From assembly GCA_965216875.1 (NCBI GenBank), contig OZ244207.1, forward strand, positions 3,584,001 to 3,648,000: a stretch of 64,000 bases of DNA, in the 5' to 3' direction. The notes under the pieces were generated by a model. It saw only the letters and a list, made by a program, of their open reading frames with translations, was not told where the DNA came from and did not search any database. Shown in pieces: positions 19,269-30,044 of this stretch (positions within the stretch are counted from its first letter, which is position 1; every line of letters starts with the position of its first letter). A program made the translations under genes and the position numbers. The DNA is from Rubripirellula sp. Lineage in GTDB: Bacteria > Planctomycetota > Planctomycetia > Pirellulales > Pirellulaceae.

Positions 19269-22200
19269 CTAATCCCGCGACTCTTCCAGCAAGCGTTCGT
19301 ACTCTTCGATCTCTGCAGGTGTTGCCGGCTCGGCTTGCCCCTGGGCGTCGTCTTTGGCGGCGTCTTGCCTGACAAAGCGATAGGTCAACAGTTCGCCGCC
19401 GATTTGAACGATGACTCTCGACAACCCTGACTGAATGGTTTGACGAGTCTGCAAGATGTTCATTCGGCTACGGATCTGCCGGTCGAGTGCCTTGCTTAAC
19501 TCTTTGCCATCACGCACATCCAAGGCAAGCACATCGAGTTTGAGTTGGCGGCTTGTCGATGGGGCACCGTAGGTCGAGCGACTACGGCTCAGGGTAATGA
19601 TCGGCGTCCCCGCAGGATGGTGAATCGTGCAGCCCCAAGGTTCCTCGAAATCCTTGCTCCAATTCAAATCACCACTCTCCAAATCGATCGCGTACATCCC
19701 GTGGGTTGTCACGTGATACTTACTGTCGCCCGTTTGCAATCCACCAGCAGCCAGGCGTGGTCGTTGATCGCGACGTTTGGGCAGCAGCACGATTTGACCA
19801 TCAAGCACCATTGCCTGAAGACCAAGCAGGTTCTGGTAGGCGGGCAACTCAGGCGTGGAAACTTCACGTGCTTCTTTTAAGTCCCACACGGCTGCCTTCC
19901 CTGTACTCTGCAGCGTCACCAAGTAGCGTCCATTGACCACACGACCGTAGCCGCAGGGAATGTCGGCGTTGGTGCGGTTGGATCCCAAGCAGTTCATCTC
20001 CAGCTTGACCTCACCGGTAAACGCATCCACCAGGCGAATCACATACACACGTTTTTCATCAGTCTTGGCGTAACAGAGAACATTTCGGCCCGCTGCAGCC
20101 CACCTGTCGCCATGTGTCCAAGGTTTTGACTCAAGCTTGCGACCATCAAGCAAATTGAAGTAGTCCACTTTTTTACTTGACGGCGAAACGACTGCGACCC
20201 TTCCGTCTTGTTCCAAAATCGCACCGCTACTTGGCGCATCCGAATTCCGCCAAAGCGGCTCTTTGGTTTCCAAATCGAGAGCAATCAACTCGCTTCCTTG
20301 CCCCATAATGATCCTGTCACCAAGGACGGGACCGAGACGGAATTCAGCGTTGTCGTTGATGGAACTCGTGTTGACCATCGCGTACTTGATGATCTGAGCT
20401 TCAAACGGATTCGTATCGCTTCGACGGCGAGCAATCGCCCCTCCGTCGCCACTGAGCGAGCGACGCCAAACCACAGCCTCGCCATCGGCAGCAACCACGC
20501 TGCGAAGATTCACTCCGATCAATTCGGTCGGCAGGACAATGACCATGAAGGAACCACAGACAATGGCTTCTTTGTCGGTATCAAGTGATCGGTCAACACT
20601 TTCAAGCACGATCTGGCGAATCGATCCCTTGTTCGGATCACGCATCGCCAGCGGGCTTGACCCTTCACCCAACAACACCCAGTTCTCGAACTGTTTGCCC
20701 GCAATGTGTCGAGTCGCTGCAAAACGCTGCGCAGGCACATTGAAGCCCGTCGAAATGATCTGCTGCGAGACCCAAGACAGGTTTACCTCATTGCTCCATT
20801 GAGGCTTGGACGGAACGCGTTTGGAAAGCGTTTCCATATCGTCAACAAGCTTCGATGTCTTGTCATCGAGGTCGCGTGAGCGAAGTGCTGTGATCACCTC
20901 GGCGGCATCGGCGGTGTAACGACTTTCGGCGAAAACGCTCGCCAGTGACAGCAAGCGTTCATCGGACATCTGTGCATAATGCTCCGCGGTCGGCAGTTTC
21001 TGGCCCAGCGACAAACGTTCGAGCGCAAACCACGATCCCGATTGGGCGAGTCGCCGCGAAAGCTCGGAACGTAGCCCTTCAATTCCCTCGAGCGGGCCGA
21101 AATGCCTGATCAGCCGGGCGAGCGATTTATTGGGGCCAAGTCGCAGCGGTTCAACCGCCTCGGTCACAAGCCGATTGACCGTCTCCAATTGCTGTGCATC
21201 GCATTGATCGAGAATCTCGACCACACGGCCAGCAATCCAACTGTTCAATGAACAGTAGCGACCGCGGTCGGAGAGCAACTCTTCGGTGCGCGGGTCAAGC
21301 TCCGGAACGCTGCCGAGCAACTGCGACAAGCTCAACAGATGCGTGATCGCCATCGCGTAGTCACCGTCTTGGACGGCCGCTTCAACACGCAGAGCCAAAA
21401 AGTCAGCACGCTGTTCGTCTCGCTCGATCAAACGGTCAAGCGTATCCACAAGTTCGGGATCGATTTGCAAGTCATCGCGAAAAGCACCCAACATCGCGGT
21501 CACACTCAGCATGTGTACTTCGGCGTTCGCTGGCTCGATCGCCCGCGCTTTGGCAAGCAACTCGAGTGCCTCGCGGCGTTTGCGGTGCTGAATCAACAAT
21601 TCTGATTTTCGAACGAGTGCTTCAAGATCGTTGGGATCCTTTTGCAACATTTTGTCGACGAGCGGTTCAAGCGACTCTTCGCCGTAGGCCACCGAGATTG
21701 CGGAAACGCCCTGGGCGATGATCTCTCCTCCAGCCGCAATCAGGTTGCCAAGCGAATAGCGCGTTGTACGCCGCTGTAAGACTTCACCCGTTTCTAGCGA
21801 GATGCGAACCAATTGGTTCGACGTTATCGGAATCAGGTAATCGTCGTCACCAAACACACCGCGGCCGATGATCTGCTGGCCAGCCGACAGCATGTCGCTT
21901 GGACTCGTCCAAAGCAGGTCCCCGTTTTGAATATCGAACGCGCGAACCTGGTCCGCACTGACGATGTAAAACCGGTTGTCGCGTGCGCCGGCCAAATAAC
22001 GCAGATGCACGCGGTTCTTTTCTTTGAACCGTGGCTTTCCCGTTACCAGGTCAATACCGTAAAGCCGATCCGATTCGATGGGTGTCACCAACACGGTATC
22101 ACCGTGAGCGATTGCGTTGCCGCTGTGCCAACGCTGCATCAATTGCGACGCATCGTACGCGTTGCGACTGTTCATCGATCGTCCAATCGGGCTGGCCCGA

Positions 22201-23813
22201 TCAAACCCGAATCCCCAACGCAACATTCGATCATGCAGGTCGAGTGCGACAACGGCACCTGCGCCGGTGGGACAAATCAGAACGCCTTCGTGATACGTGG
22301 GCGTTGCACCGGCGATGCGCCGGATTGGATCATTGCTAACGTTCCCCGATTCCACGGCGACCAACTGTTGACGCCAAAGTTCCGATCCGGTGTTTGGATC
22401 CAAACAAAACAGACTGATGTCGCCAGCCAGTTCGGCCATCACATAAAGTCGACCATCCAGCGGCAGCGGAGGCCCCAGGAAAAAGGCGTTCGACAACTCC
22501 GATTCAACGTAAGCACCAGCCCCCAATCGCCATTGCAACTTCCCTTCGGTCGAAAGTTCCAACGCCACCAAGGTATTGGTCTTGGTATCCGCAGGCCGGG
22601 TGCCACCAAATCCCATCCCACCAATCCGCGCCATCTCGACTTCGCCAAGATTGTCGACGATGTAAACGCGTTCGCCATCGGTGGTCATTTGGCCGTAGGG
22701 CAGGTCGTTCCAAACACGTTGGCTGAGTAGATCGCCGGGTCCATCGCTGTCGGCCGTTTCTTGAAACGACGCTCGTTCTTCATTGAATTCGGGCGAGAAC
22801 CATGGGTAGGTCCAAATGCGTTTGCCCGTTCGATAATCAACACCGACAACACGTTCGGTCGTTCGCATGATCAGTTGATCGCCAACCAACAACGGCATCC
22901 AACTTGGCGGCGGCAATTTGCCTGCGGACGCAAGCTCGGACGAGACCTTTTGCAAGGCACGATCTTGTCGCGTCCGTCCGGTGGTTGGCAACGACCAACG
23001 CTCGTTCGTCAAAGGCATCTCGCCCGCTGACGACTCGTTGCGATCAAGGCCGCCGCCGAAAAACGGATAGTCGGGTGAATCGCCACCCGCTTTTTCGAAA
23101 GACCGATCATATTGTTTGGCACGTGCCGATTGCCCCGCGTCCGAATCGGTCTCTGGGCGCTTCGCCATCCGCGAGGCGACTGCGTGCATTTCAACGACAG
23201 CATCCCCAAGATGATCACGGGCACGCTGCATCGACACGACATCATCAAGCAACAACGAAGCCGCAAGCGGATGCCCGCCATAAAGTTCTTTCTGAGCAAG
23301 CAGGTACGACGCTCGGTAGCCAGCCAATGTGTGAAAGTACTGACGACGGACCTGACGCAGCATTTCCCAATCACGAGCGAGCGAAGCATCTTCGAGCATC
23401 TTGTTGGCCAGCGCGCCGTTGCGCAACTCGTAAGTCTCGAGCTCCTTGGCCGACAGTTCACCAATCCGATCTCGAGCCTGTCGCAATAGACTGTTGCGAA
23501 CCAAGCGCGGCGACCTTTGCGAATCTTCGATGTCGACGAAGAAATCCTGCGCCCTCAGATCCGAGTCGATCGGTGTGCTGCGAGCCAAGAGATCGCCAAG
23601 TCGAACAACGGCATCGCTTCCTTCGCCCTTTTCGAGCGACCGCTGCGCTTCACGCAGTTGTTGCTGAAGATTTCGAGGCGCCTCGATAAACCGCCCCGAT
23701 CGCGGCGTCTGCCGAAACGACAACGCTTGCCCCAAACAGGGCGACGACGGATACAGAAGACTGGCAGCAGAAACGGCAAACGCGAAAAGCTGCAAGTGAA
23801 GAAGACGATTCAC
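19269..23813 (-). CDS. Large secreted PQQ-binding-like beta-propeller protein (BamB-like repeats) with TPR segment
   Basis: Signal peptide; many 'A.D..TG...W' blades; FFLGPPLPLDGRLYV; TPR-like LELLAKARAIEPAN. Confidence 0.85.
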   Translation of the reverse strand: MNRLLHLQLFAFAVSAASLLYPSSPCLGQALSFRQTPRSGRFIEAPRNLQQQLREAQRSLEKGEGSDAVVRLGDLLARSTPIDSDLRAQDFFVDIEDSQRSPRLVRNSLLRQARDRIGELSAKELETYELRNGALANKMLEDASLARDWEMLRQVRRQYFHTLAGYRASYLLAQKELYGGHPLAASLLLDDVVSMQRARDHLGDAVVEMHAVASRMAKRPETDSDAGQSARAKQYDRSFEKAGGDSPDYPFFGGGLDRNESSAGEMPLTNERWSLPTTGRTRQDRALQKVSSELASAGKLPPPSWMPLLVGDQLIMRTTERVVGVDYRTGKRIWTYPWFSPEFNEERASFQETADSDGPGDLLSQRVWNDLPYGQMTTDGERVYIVDNLGEVEMARIGGMGFGGTRPADTKTNTLVALELSTEGKLQWRLGAGAYVESELSNAFFLGPPLPLDGRLYVMAELAGDISLFCLDPNTGSELWRQQLVAVESGNVSNDPIRRIAGATPTYHEGVLICPTGAGAVVALDLHDRMLRWGFGFDRASPIGRSMNSRNAYDASQLMQRWHSGNAIAHGDTVLVTPIESDRLYGIDLVTGKPRFKEKNRVHLRYLAGARDNRFYIVSADQVRAFDIQNGDLLWTSPSDMLSAGQQIIGRGVFGDDDYLIPITSNQLVRISLETGEVLQRRTTRYSLGNLIAAGGEIIAQGVSAISVAYGEESLEPLVDKMLQKDPNDLEALVRKSELLIQHRKRREALELLAKARAIEPANAEVHMLSVTAMLGAFRDDLQIDPELVDTLDRLIERDEQRADFLALRVEAAVQDGDYAMAITHLLSLSQLLGSVPELDPRTEELLSDRGRYCSLNSWIAGRVVEILDQCDAQQLETVNRLVTEAVEPLRLGPNKSLARLIRHFGPLEGIEGLRSELSRRLAQSGSWFALERLSLGQKLPTAEHYAQMSDERLLSLASVFAESRYTADAAEVITALRSRDLDDKTSKLVDDMETLSKRVPSKPQWSNEVNLSWVSQQIISTGFNVPAQRFAATRHIAGKQFENWVLLGEGSSPLAMRDPNKGSIRQIVLESVDRSLDTDKEAIVCGSFMVIVLPTELIGVNLRSVVAADGEAVVWRRSLSGDGGAIARRRSDTNPFEAQIIKYAMVNTSSINDNAEFRLGPVLGDRIIMGQGSELIALDLETKEPLWRNSDAPSSGAILEQDGRVAVVSPSSKKVDYFNLLDGRKLESKPWTHGDRWAAAGRNVLCYAKTDEKRVYVIRLVDAFTGEVKLEMNCLGSNRTNADIPCGYGRVVNGRYLVTLQSTGKAAVWDLKEAREVSTPELPAYQNLLGLQAMVLDGQIVLLPKRRDQRPRLAAGGLQTGDSKYHVTTHGMYAIDLESGDLNWSKDFEEPWGCTIHHPAGTPIITLSRSRSTYGAPSTSRQLKLDVLALDVRDGKELSKALDRQIRSRMNILQTRQTIQSGLSRVIVQIGGELLTYRFVRQDAAKDDAQGQAEPATPAEIEEYERLLEESRD

Positions 23814-23959
23814 ACCGACATCCTAGGTAACGACTCGAAATGGACATCCGTCGTCTGGCCAAACGGGCGCTGTCGACCGTCAGAGGATGGATCCATTGTA
23901 GTGGGTTTTGCAAATGCGCTCTCGACCAGAAAGATCGGCCGTGATTCTCTGGAACGCGA

Positions 23960-24154
23960 GTTCGTCGTACCGAGCTTTAGCCGGAATCTTCTCATCAGCC
24001 GCTGAGCGATAGCTCGCGGTTTCTGACCTTTTGAACGGTGAGCCGCGATCGCGTCAGCGGCCGGGCTGCGATTCTCGTGAGCGGCGAGTTCGTAGTACCG
24101 AGCTTTAGCCGGAATCTTCTTCGGCGATTCCGCCTGAAGGCGGGGACGACAAAC
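23960..24154. repeat. Cluster of two family B REPs enclosing a family D (GTGAGCCGCGATCGCGTCAGCGGCCGGG) unit
   Basis: Family B at 23960-23993 and 24088-24154, family D at 24038-24065; directly downstream of adk. Confidence 0.8.
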
Positions 24155-24158
24155 GGTG

Positions 24159-24731
24159 TCACTCCCCGTTGCGGGCGTCAACCGCGGCGCGAATTTGATC
24201 AAAGACTTCGTCGGGCGATTGCATCCCGTCAATCCGCTCGACCAATCCCTGGTTGCGGTAATAATCGAGCACCGGCGCGGTCAGCTCGCGAAAGATCTTC
24301 AGTCGTTCGGCGATCGTTGTCGTCGTATCATCGGCGCGATGTTCGATCTCGGCCCGCTTGAGCAAACGTTGGATCAATTCACCTTCGTCCGCTGCGAGGT
24401 CCAGCACCAAATCAAGTCGCTGCTCACCCCCGAGAAGGTGTTCGTCAAGCATCTGTGCCTGGACGAGCGTGCGTGGGAAACCGTCGAACAAACAACCTTG
24501 CCCACAGTCATCGGCCGTGAGACGTTTGGTGACGATGCGCATCACCAGATAATCGGGGGCAAGACGCCCCGCATCAATGTAGCTGGCAACCAAACGACCA
24601 AGCGCAGATTCGCCGCGCGTTTGACGCAGCATGTCGCCGGTCGACAGGTGAGGGATACCGAGGTAATCGGTCAGACGCTTACATTGCGTCCCTTTACCCG
24701 CCCCGGGCGGGCCAATGAAGACAATGCGCAT
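24159..24731 (-). CDS. adk: Adenylate kinase
   Basis: GPPGAGKGTQ, HLSTGDMLR, FDGFPRTLVQA, RADD; follows secY. Confidence 0.97.
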   Translation of the reverse strand: MRIVFIGPPGAGKGTQCKRLTDYLGIPHLSTGDMLRQTRGESALGRLVASYIDAGRLAPDYLVMRIVTKRLTADDCGQGCLFDGFPRTLVQAQMLDEHLLGGEQRLDLVLDLAADEGELIQRLLKRAEIEHRADDTTTTIAERLKIFRELTAPVLDYYRNQGLVERIDGMQSPDEVFDQIRAAVDARNGE

Positions 24732-24823
24732 TGTTTGGCATCTCTCCTGACCCAGCAGCCTTGCCAGCTATTTCAACACGGCCGACATTCCATCGCGATG
24801 TCGGCCAAACAAAGACCAGGCCT

Positions 24824-26221
24824 CTAAACCACTGGCGAGACACCGCCGCCAGCACCTTCAAGCAGGCCGCGATAGTTTCGCATCACCAAGTGGCTGTCGA
24901 TCTTTTGGACCAAGTCAAACGCGACGCTCACGGCAATCAGCAGACCTGTACCACCGTAGAAACCGGCGATCGAGTAAGGCACGCCGAGCGACCCGTAAAC
25001 GATCGTTGGAACAATCGCCACGATCGAAAGGAAGCCCGCACCCACGTACGTGATTCGAACCATCACCTTTTCAAGGTAATCGGTCGTTCGCTTACCTGGG
25101 CGATAGCCGGGAATGAACGTTCCGCTGTCACGCAGGTTGTCCGACATTTCCTTCGGGTTGAAGGTGATCGCCGTCCAGAAGTAGCAGAAGAAGAAAATCA
25201 ATCCGACGTACAACATGTTGAACACGTACGACGATTGATCGCTCAGTGTGAGCGAGAACAAGTTCAGTGGCTTGAACAGTGCACTTTCGCTGCCGGCATA
25301 GCTCGCCAAACCGGCGAACAGCATGCCGGGGATCATCAACAAGCTGCTGGCGAAAATAATCGGCATCACGCCGGCTTGATTGATTCGCAGTGGCAAGTGT
25401 TGTCGCGTTCCGCCGTAGACTCGGCGACCGCGGGTGAACTTTGCGGATTGAGTCGGAATCTTTCGTTGACCGAGGGTAATGAACACCACCCCAAAGACGA
25501 CGCCGACAAAGAGCACCACAAGCAGGATGAGCGTTTCGATACCAACATCGCCACGCGACAGACCGGTCAATTCGGTCTTCATGTTGCGGATCAACTCGTA
25601 AAGAGCCTTCGGCATCTGAGCGAGAATACCGGCCATGATCAACAAACTGATCCCGTTACCGATCCCGTATTCGTCGATCTGTTCGCCGAGCCACATCAGG
25701 AAGACGGTACCGCAAGTCATCACCATCACGGCGACGATCTGCCATCCCCAGTAAAGCCCCGTGCCGTCGGCATTGAGGAAGTTCGGATTGATGTTCCCGT
25801 AGCCGCCCGGGCCACCCGACATCAACATGAACCTCAGGTACATGTAACTTTGCACCAAACAAATCACGACCGTCAGGTAACGCGTGTATTCGTTCAGTTT
25901 CTTGCGGCCTGCTTCGCCTTCCTTTTTCAATTCCTCGAGCGGCTTATAAACGCTGCCGAGCAATTGGAAGATAATCGAAGCCGAAATATAGGGCATGATG
26001 CCGAGACCAAAGATCGTTGCTTGACGCAGATCGCTGGCGGCAAAAACAGTGATTCGCTCGAAGAATTCGCCCGCGGTTCCGCCCGTTTCACTCAGGTTGG
26101 TCGCAACCATTGGAAGGGGGATGTGGAAACCGATGCGATAGACGGCCAGCAGACCGATGGTCAGCATCACCTTCTTGCGCAGTTCCGGGATCGAAAAAAT
26201 GATGCGCAGCTTTTCAAACAT
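24824..26221 (-). CDS. secY: Preprotein translocase subunit SecY
   Basis: IFGLGIMPYISASII, GIGNGISLLI, AGVMPIIFASS, FIPGYRPG, GGTGLLIAV. Confidence 0.98.
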   Translation of the reverse strand: MFEKLRIIFSIPELRKKVMLTIGLLAVYRIGFHIPLPMVATNLSETGGTAGEFFERITVFAASDLRQATIFGLGIMPYISASIIFQLLGSVYKPLEELKKEGEAGRKKLNEYTRYLTVVICLVQSYMYLRFMLMSGGPGGYGNINPNFLNADGTGLYWGWQIVAVMVMTCGTVFLMWLGEQIDEYGIGNGISLLIMAGILAQMPKALYELIRNMKTELTGLSRGDVGIETLILLVVLFVGVVFGVVFITLGQRKIPTQSAKFTRGRRVYGGTRQHLPLRINQAGVMPIIFASSLLMIPGMLFAGLASYAGSESALFKPLNLFSLTLSDQSSYVFNMLYVGLIFFFCYFWTAITFNPKEMSDNLRDSGTFIPGYRPGKRTTDYLEKVMVRITYVGAGFLSIVAIVPTIVYGSLGVPYSIAGFYGGTGLLIAVSVAFDLVQKIDSHLVMRNYRGLLEGAGGGVSPVV

Positions 26222-26502
26222 GCGTCGGTCCGTCGTTGGATCGTGCCTGGGGATTCATCAGGGGCGGATCGTGCCAATGAACGAATATGGTAAAGACCGG
26301 GAGTTTAGCGGAGAGAGAGCGATTGAGCGATAGGAATCAATTTGGCTTTTGAGGCGGCGCCCAAGGTGTTGGGTTTGCCCTTGCTTGGCCATTCCTATGC
26401 GAGTCTCCTCAGCCAGCCGGGATTCGAACATTCACCAATCAAAACGGGGCAAACCACCTCGATACTGGAAGCTCACCCCGCGGCAATGTTCTCGTCAATT
26501 GG

Positions 26503-27003
26503 CTACGATTTCTTCTCCGCCTTCAGGGCAGCCACCCGCTCCTCGGGGGTACGTTTGCGGACGACGACATTGATTGTCCCGCCAGCCTTGGTGATCTTTT
26601 CTTCGGCCGACTTGCTGAAGCGATGAGCCGACACGGTCAACTTCTTGGTCAACTCGCCATCGCCAAGCACCTTCACTTCGTCGAAGTGTCCCTTTGCCAA
26701 GTCTTTGGCAGCGAGAGCTTCGAGGGTGACTTCGGCGCCGTCTTCGAACGCATCGTTGAGGCGACCGACGTTGACAGCGAAGACCTTCACAGCCCAGCGG
26801 TTGTTGAAACCACGCTTCGGGATGCGACGGAACATCGGCATCGCACCGCCTTGGAAGCTCGGCTTGCGGCTGTAACCACTACGGCTCTTGTGGCCCTTGT
26901 GACCACGACCGGAGGTTTTTCCGTGTCCGCTACCAGGACCGCGTCCAATTCGTTTGCGTTTGCGGTACTTTTGAATGCCGCGATGGACATCGTTCAGGTT
27001 CAT
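26503..27003 (-). CDS. rplO: 50S ribosomal protein L15
   Basis: [37 protein letters not shown]. Confidence 0.98.
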   Translation of the reverse strand: MNLNDVHRGIQKYRKRKRIGRGPGSGHGKTSGRGHKGHKSRSGYSRKPSFQGGAMPMFRRIPKRGFNNRWAVKVFAVNVGRLNDAFEDGAEVTLEALAAKDLAKGHFDEVKVLGDGELTKKLTVSAHRFSKSAEEKITKAGGTINVVVRKRTPEERVAALKAEKKS

Positions 27004-27100
27004 GTCGAAACCTACGTTGCTAATTCAATACTTGAGTTGTGATGACGTGTTTGTCGGTCTCGTCAAAGGATCGACGAGACTTTCGGGAGCAGCCTTGAAA

Positions 27101-27634
27101 CTAGTGGGCTGCCAACTCGTCGGCATCCAATCCACGCAAAGCAGCGACTTGATCGCGAGTTCGCAGCTTCGAAAGCGCGTCGACGGTTGCCTTGACCAAG
27201 GTCACAGGATTATTGGTGCCGTAGGACTTGGTCAAAATGTCGTGAATTCCAGTTGCTTCACAAACGGCACGCACCGCTTGGCCAGCGATGATACCGGTAC
27301 CAGCACCGGCTGGAATCAAAAGCACCTTGGCCGCACCGTACTTGCCCCAAACTTGGTGGGGGATGGTGCCTTCGACCAATGGCACTTCGACCATACTTCG
27401 GCTCGCTTGCTTTTGAGCCTTTTGAACGCTTGGGGGCACTTCGTTGGCTTTGCCGTATCCCCAGCCAACTTTGCCTTTTCCATCACCGACGACCACCATC
27501 GCAGCAAAACTGAAACGGCGTCCACCCTTGACCACGGCGGCACAACGTTTGATTTTGACCACGCGGTCGAGCATGTCGCTGCCGACGCCGGATTCTTCTT
27601 GCTTACGCGGCTTGCGAGATTGTGCGTTACTAAT
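27101..27634 (-). CDS. rpsE: 30S ribosomal protein S5 (probable ATT start at 27634; first ATG at 27574)
   Basis: [35 protein letters not shown]. See the finding on the start codon. Confidence 0.95.
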   Translation of the reverse strand: MSNAQSRKPRKQEESGVGSDMLDRVVKIKRCAAVVKGGRRFSFAAMVVVGDGKGKVGWGYGKANEVPPSVQKAQKQASRSMVEVPLVEGTIPHQVWGKYGAAKVLLIPAGAGTGIIAGQAVRAVCEATGIHDILTKSYGTNNPVTLVKATVDALSKLRTRDQVAALRGLDADELAAH

Positions 27635-27681
27635 GATTCAGTCCCCCGATGGAGGGTATGTGTGATGATGTTTTGTTTCGT

Positions 27682-28050
27682 TTAGAACTTCAAGCCGCCT
27701 TCGCGGGCAGCATCAGCAAACGCTTTGACGCGCCCGTGATACTTGTTGTGGCCACGGTCGAATTTGACCGTTTCGACGCCAGCTGCTTTGGCCTTTTCGG
27801 CAATGATCGCACCGAGTTTGGCAGCCGCTTCGCAGTTTCCGCCGTTGGCGACGTCACCGCGAACCGCTTTGTCTCGCGAGCTGACGCTGACGATCGTCTT
27901 GCCGACTTCATCGTCGATCAATTGACAGCTGAAGTGCTTGAGCGATCGTTGAACCGACATGCGCGGTTGTGCAGCCGTACCACGTCCCTTATTGCGGACG
28001 TGTTGGCGTCGACGAAGTCGCTTCTTTTGAAGTTGCTTGTTTTTATCCAT
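27682..28050 (-). CDS. rplR: 50S ribosomal protein L18
   Basis: PRMSVQRSLKH, FDRGHNKYHGRVKAFADAAREGGL. Confidence 0.98.
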   Translation of the reverse strand: MDKNKQLQKKRLRRRQHVRNKGRGTAAQPRMSVQRSLKHFSCQLIDDEVGKTIVSVSSRDKAVRGDVANGGNCEAAAKLGAIIAEKAKAAGVETVKFDRGHNKYHGRVKAFADAAREGGLKF

Positions 28051-28128
28051 TTGAATACCGACCAGTTAGCGATTCGCACCGCCGAGTGAATTCTTGGCAA
28101 AGGAATCGATTGAGTCTTAGATGGGCGA

Positions 28129-28671
28129 TTACTTGGTAGCCGACTTACCGGGTTTGATTTTGACCTGTTCGCCTTGGTAGCGAACGCCTTTGCCCTTGTA
28201 GGGGTCGGGCTTGCGAAGGGCACGGACTTCGGCGGCGAACTGGCCAACCTTTTGCTTGTCGCAACCCTGAACCACGATGTGGGTCTGGTCGGGACAGGTG
28301 ACGTCCAATTCCTTCGGAATCTTTTTGTGTAGTTCGTTGGCGAAACCGACACGCAATTGCAGCGTGTCTCCTTGGATGGCGGCCAGGTAACCGACACCTT
28401 GGATTTCGAGTTTCTTTTCGTAGCCCTTGGTCACACCTTCGACCATGTTTGCGATCAGGGCGCGTGTTAGGCCGTGGTATTCACGTGAAGAACGATCGTC
28501 GCCGCCGCGGGTCACAACCACTTCGTTGGCATCGTTAACAGCCACGGTCACTTCGGGGCGATGCTCGTAGGACAATTTGCCTTTGGGGCCTTCAATCTCG
28601 ACCACGCGGCCGTTGACCGCCACTTTGGCGCCACCGGCGATCGGTACAGGCTTGTTTCCAATACGACTCAT
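28129..28671 (-). CDS. rplF: 50S ribosomal protein L6
   Basis: MSRIGNKPV, GLTRALIANMVEGV, RKPDPYKGKGVRY. Confidence 0.98.
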   Translation of the reverse strand: MSRIGNKPVPIAGGAKVAVNGRVVEIEGPKGKLSYEHRPEVTVAVNDANEVVVTRGGDDRSSREYHGLTRALIANMVEGVTKGYEKKLEIQGVGYLAAIQGDTLQLRVGFANELHKKIPKELDVTCPDQTHIVVQGCDKQKVGQFAAEVRALRKPDPYKGKGVRYQGEQVKIKPGKSATK

Positions 28672-28712
28672 TTCAAATCACTTTGGTGAAAAATATGCTG
28701 CTGCCGTCAGGA

Positions 28713-29111
28713 TCAGGCCACTTCACACAACACTTCGCCGCCGACGTTATCACGTCGAGCTTCGCGGTCGCTGATCACGCCTTTGCTGGAACTGATGATG
28801 CTAATGCCAAGACCGCCAAGGACGGGCTTGAGTTCCTTGCCGCGGATGTACAAACGACGGCCAGGCTTGCTCACGCGTTTGATCGTTTGGATCACGCGTT
28901 CGCCGTTGGGGCCATACTTGAGTTCCAAACGCAAGGTTGCGGTTGGGTTCTCTTCGTCAACTTCTTTCCAATCCCAAATGAAACCTTCGCGCTTGAGCAC
29001 GTCGGCGATGCCACGTTTGAAGCGGCTGGTCGGGATATCGACAAAAGGCTTCTCCACCCGCACGGCGTTGCGGATTCGGGTCAGCATGTCGGCTACTGGG
29101 TCTGTCATCAT
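28713..29111 (-). CDS. rpsH: 30S ribosomal protein S8
   Basis: MTDPVADMLTRIRNA, RVSKPGRRLY, GGEVLCEV; ATG 29111 after SD GGGAG. Confidence 0.98.
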   Translation of the reverse strand: MMTDPVADMLTRIRNAVRVEKPFVDIPTSRFKRGIADVLKREGFIWDWKEVDEENPTATLRLELKYGPNGERVIQTIKRVSKPGRRLYIRGKELKPVLGGLGISIISSSKGVISDREARRDNVGGEVLCEVA

Positions 29112-29135
29112 GGTATTGTCTGCTCCCCTACTCAA

Positions 29136-29321
29136 TCACCAGCTAGCCTTGCGAACGCCTGGGATCAGTCCCAAGTTGGCGTTTTCGCGGAAACAGATTC
29201 GGCAAAGGCCGAATTTGCGATAAACAGCACGCGGACGACCGCAGAACTTGCAACGGTTCTCGCGTCGAGTGCTGAATTTTGGCTGTCGGTTAGCCTTGGC
29301 GACTTTCGATTTGCTTGCCAC
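29136..29321 (-). CDS. rpsN: 30S ribosomal protein S14, short zinc-binding (type Z) form, 61 aa
   Basis: GTG start; [24 protein letters not shown]...PGVRKASW. Confidence 0.97.
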   Translation of the reverse strand: MASKSKVAKANRQPKFSTRRENRCKFCGRPRAVYRKFGLCRICFRENANLGLIPGVRKASW

Positions 29322-29397
29322 GGGGTGACTTTCAATGAATGGATGTTCGAACCAAAAATATGTTGGTGCGGTTGGCTTCGAGCCAGCCGCGAACGGA

Positions 29398-29973
29398 TTA
29401 CGCTGCGTCGTTCTTCTTGGCGGGCTGTTGGAAGGGCATTCCAAACAGTTCCAACAAGTCACGTCCTTCGTCGTTTGACTTTGCGGTCGTCACGATGGTG
29501 ATGTTCATCCCTTGCGGGCGGGTGAACTTATCCGGATTCAATTCCGGAAACACCAGTTGCTCGGTCAAACCAAGCGTGTAGTTCCCGTTGCCATCGAACG
29601 CCTTACGGCTAATTCCGCGAAAGTCACGGACACGAGGCAGGACGATCGCAACCAGGCGATCGAGGAACTCGTACATGCGCTGACGCCGAAGCGTAACCAT
29701 GCATCCGATTGGCATTCCTTCACGTAGGCGGAAGTTTGCAATCGACTTACGAGCGGTGGTGATCACAGGCTTTTGGCCGGCAATCTGCGTCATTGCTTCA
29801 AACGCGGTGTCAAGGATCTTCTTGTCACCGATTGCGCTGCCCACGCCCATGTTCATCGTGATCTTTTCGACCCGAGGAATCTGGTGTGGATTGGTGTAGC
29901 CATGCTTTTCCACCATCGCTTGACGGATGGACTCTTCATAGCGTTGTTGCAGTCGTGGTTTGGTGTCAGACAT
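29398..29973 (-). CDS. rplE: 50S ribosomal protein L5
   Basis: [37 protein letters not shown]. Confidence 0.98.
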   Translation of the reverse strand: MSDTKPRLQQRYEESIRQAMVEKHGYTNPHQIPRVEKITMNMGVGSAIGDKKILDTAFEAMTQIAGQKPVITTARKSIANFRLREGMPIGCMVTLRRQRMYEFLDRLVAIVLPRVRDFRGISRKAFDGNGNYTLGLTEQLVFPELNPDKFTRPQGMNITIVTTAKSNDEGRDLLELFGMPFQQPAKKNDAA

Positions 29974-30044
29974 TTTCGTTGGTAACCGTCTGTGCTAGCT
30001 GTGCCGCCGATGCTCTTTGGCTGCTGTGACTTATTTCGCAGTGA

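Noticed and set aside
24731..26293. 520-aa plus-strand ORF
   Set aside because: Antisense shadow of secY; long antisense ORFs are expected in GC-rich coding DNA. The same applies to 2843-3973, 14795-15799, 39598-40668 and 60549-61634.
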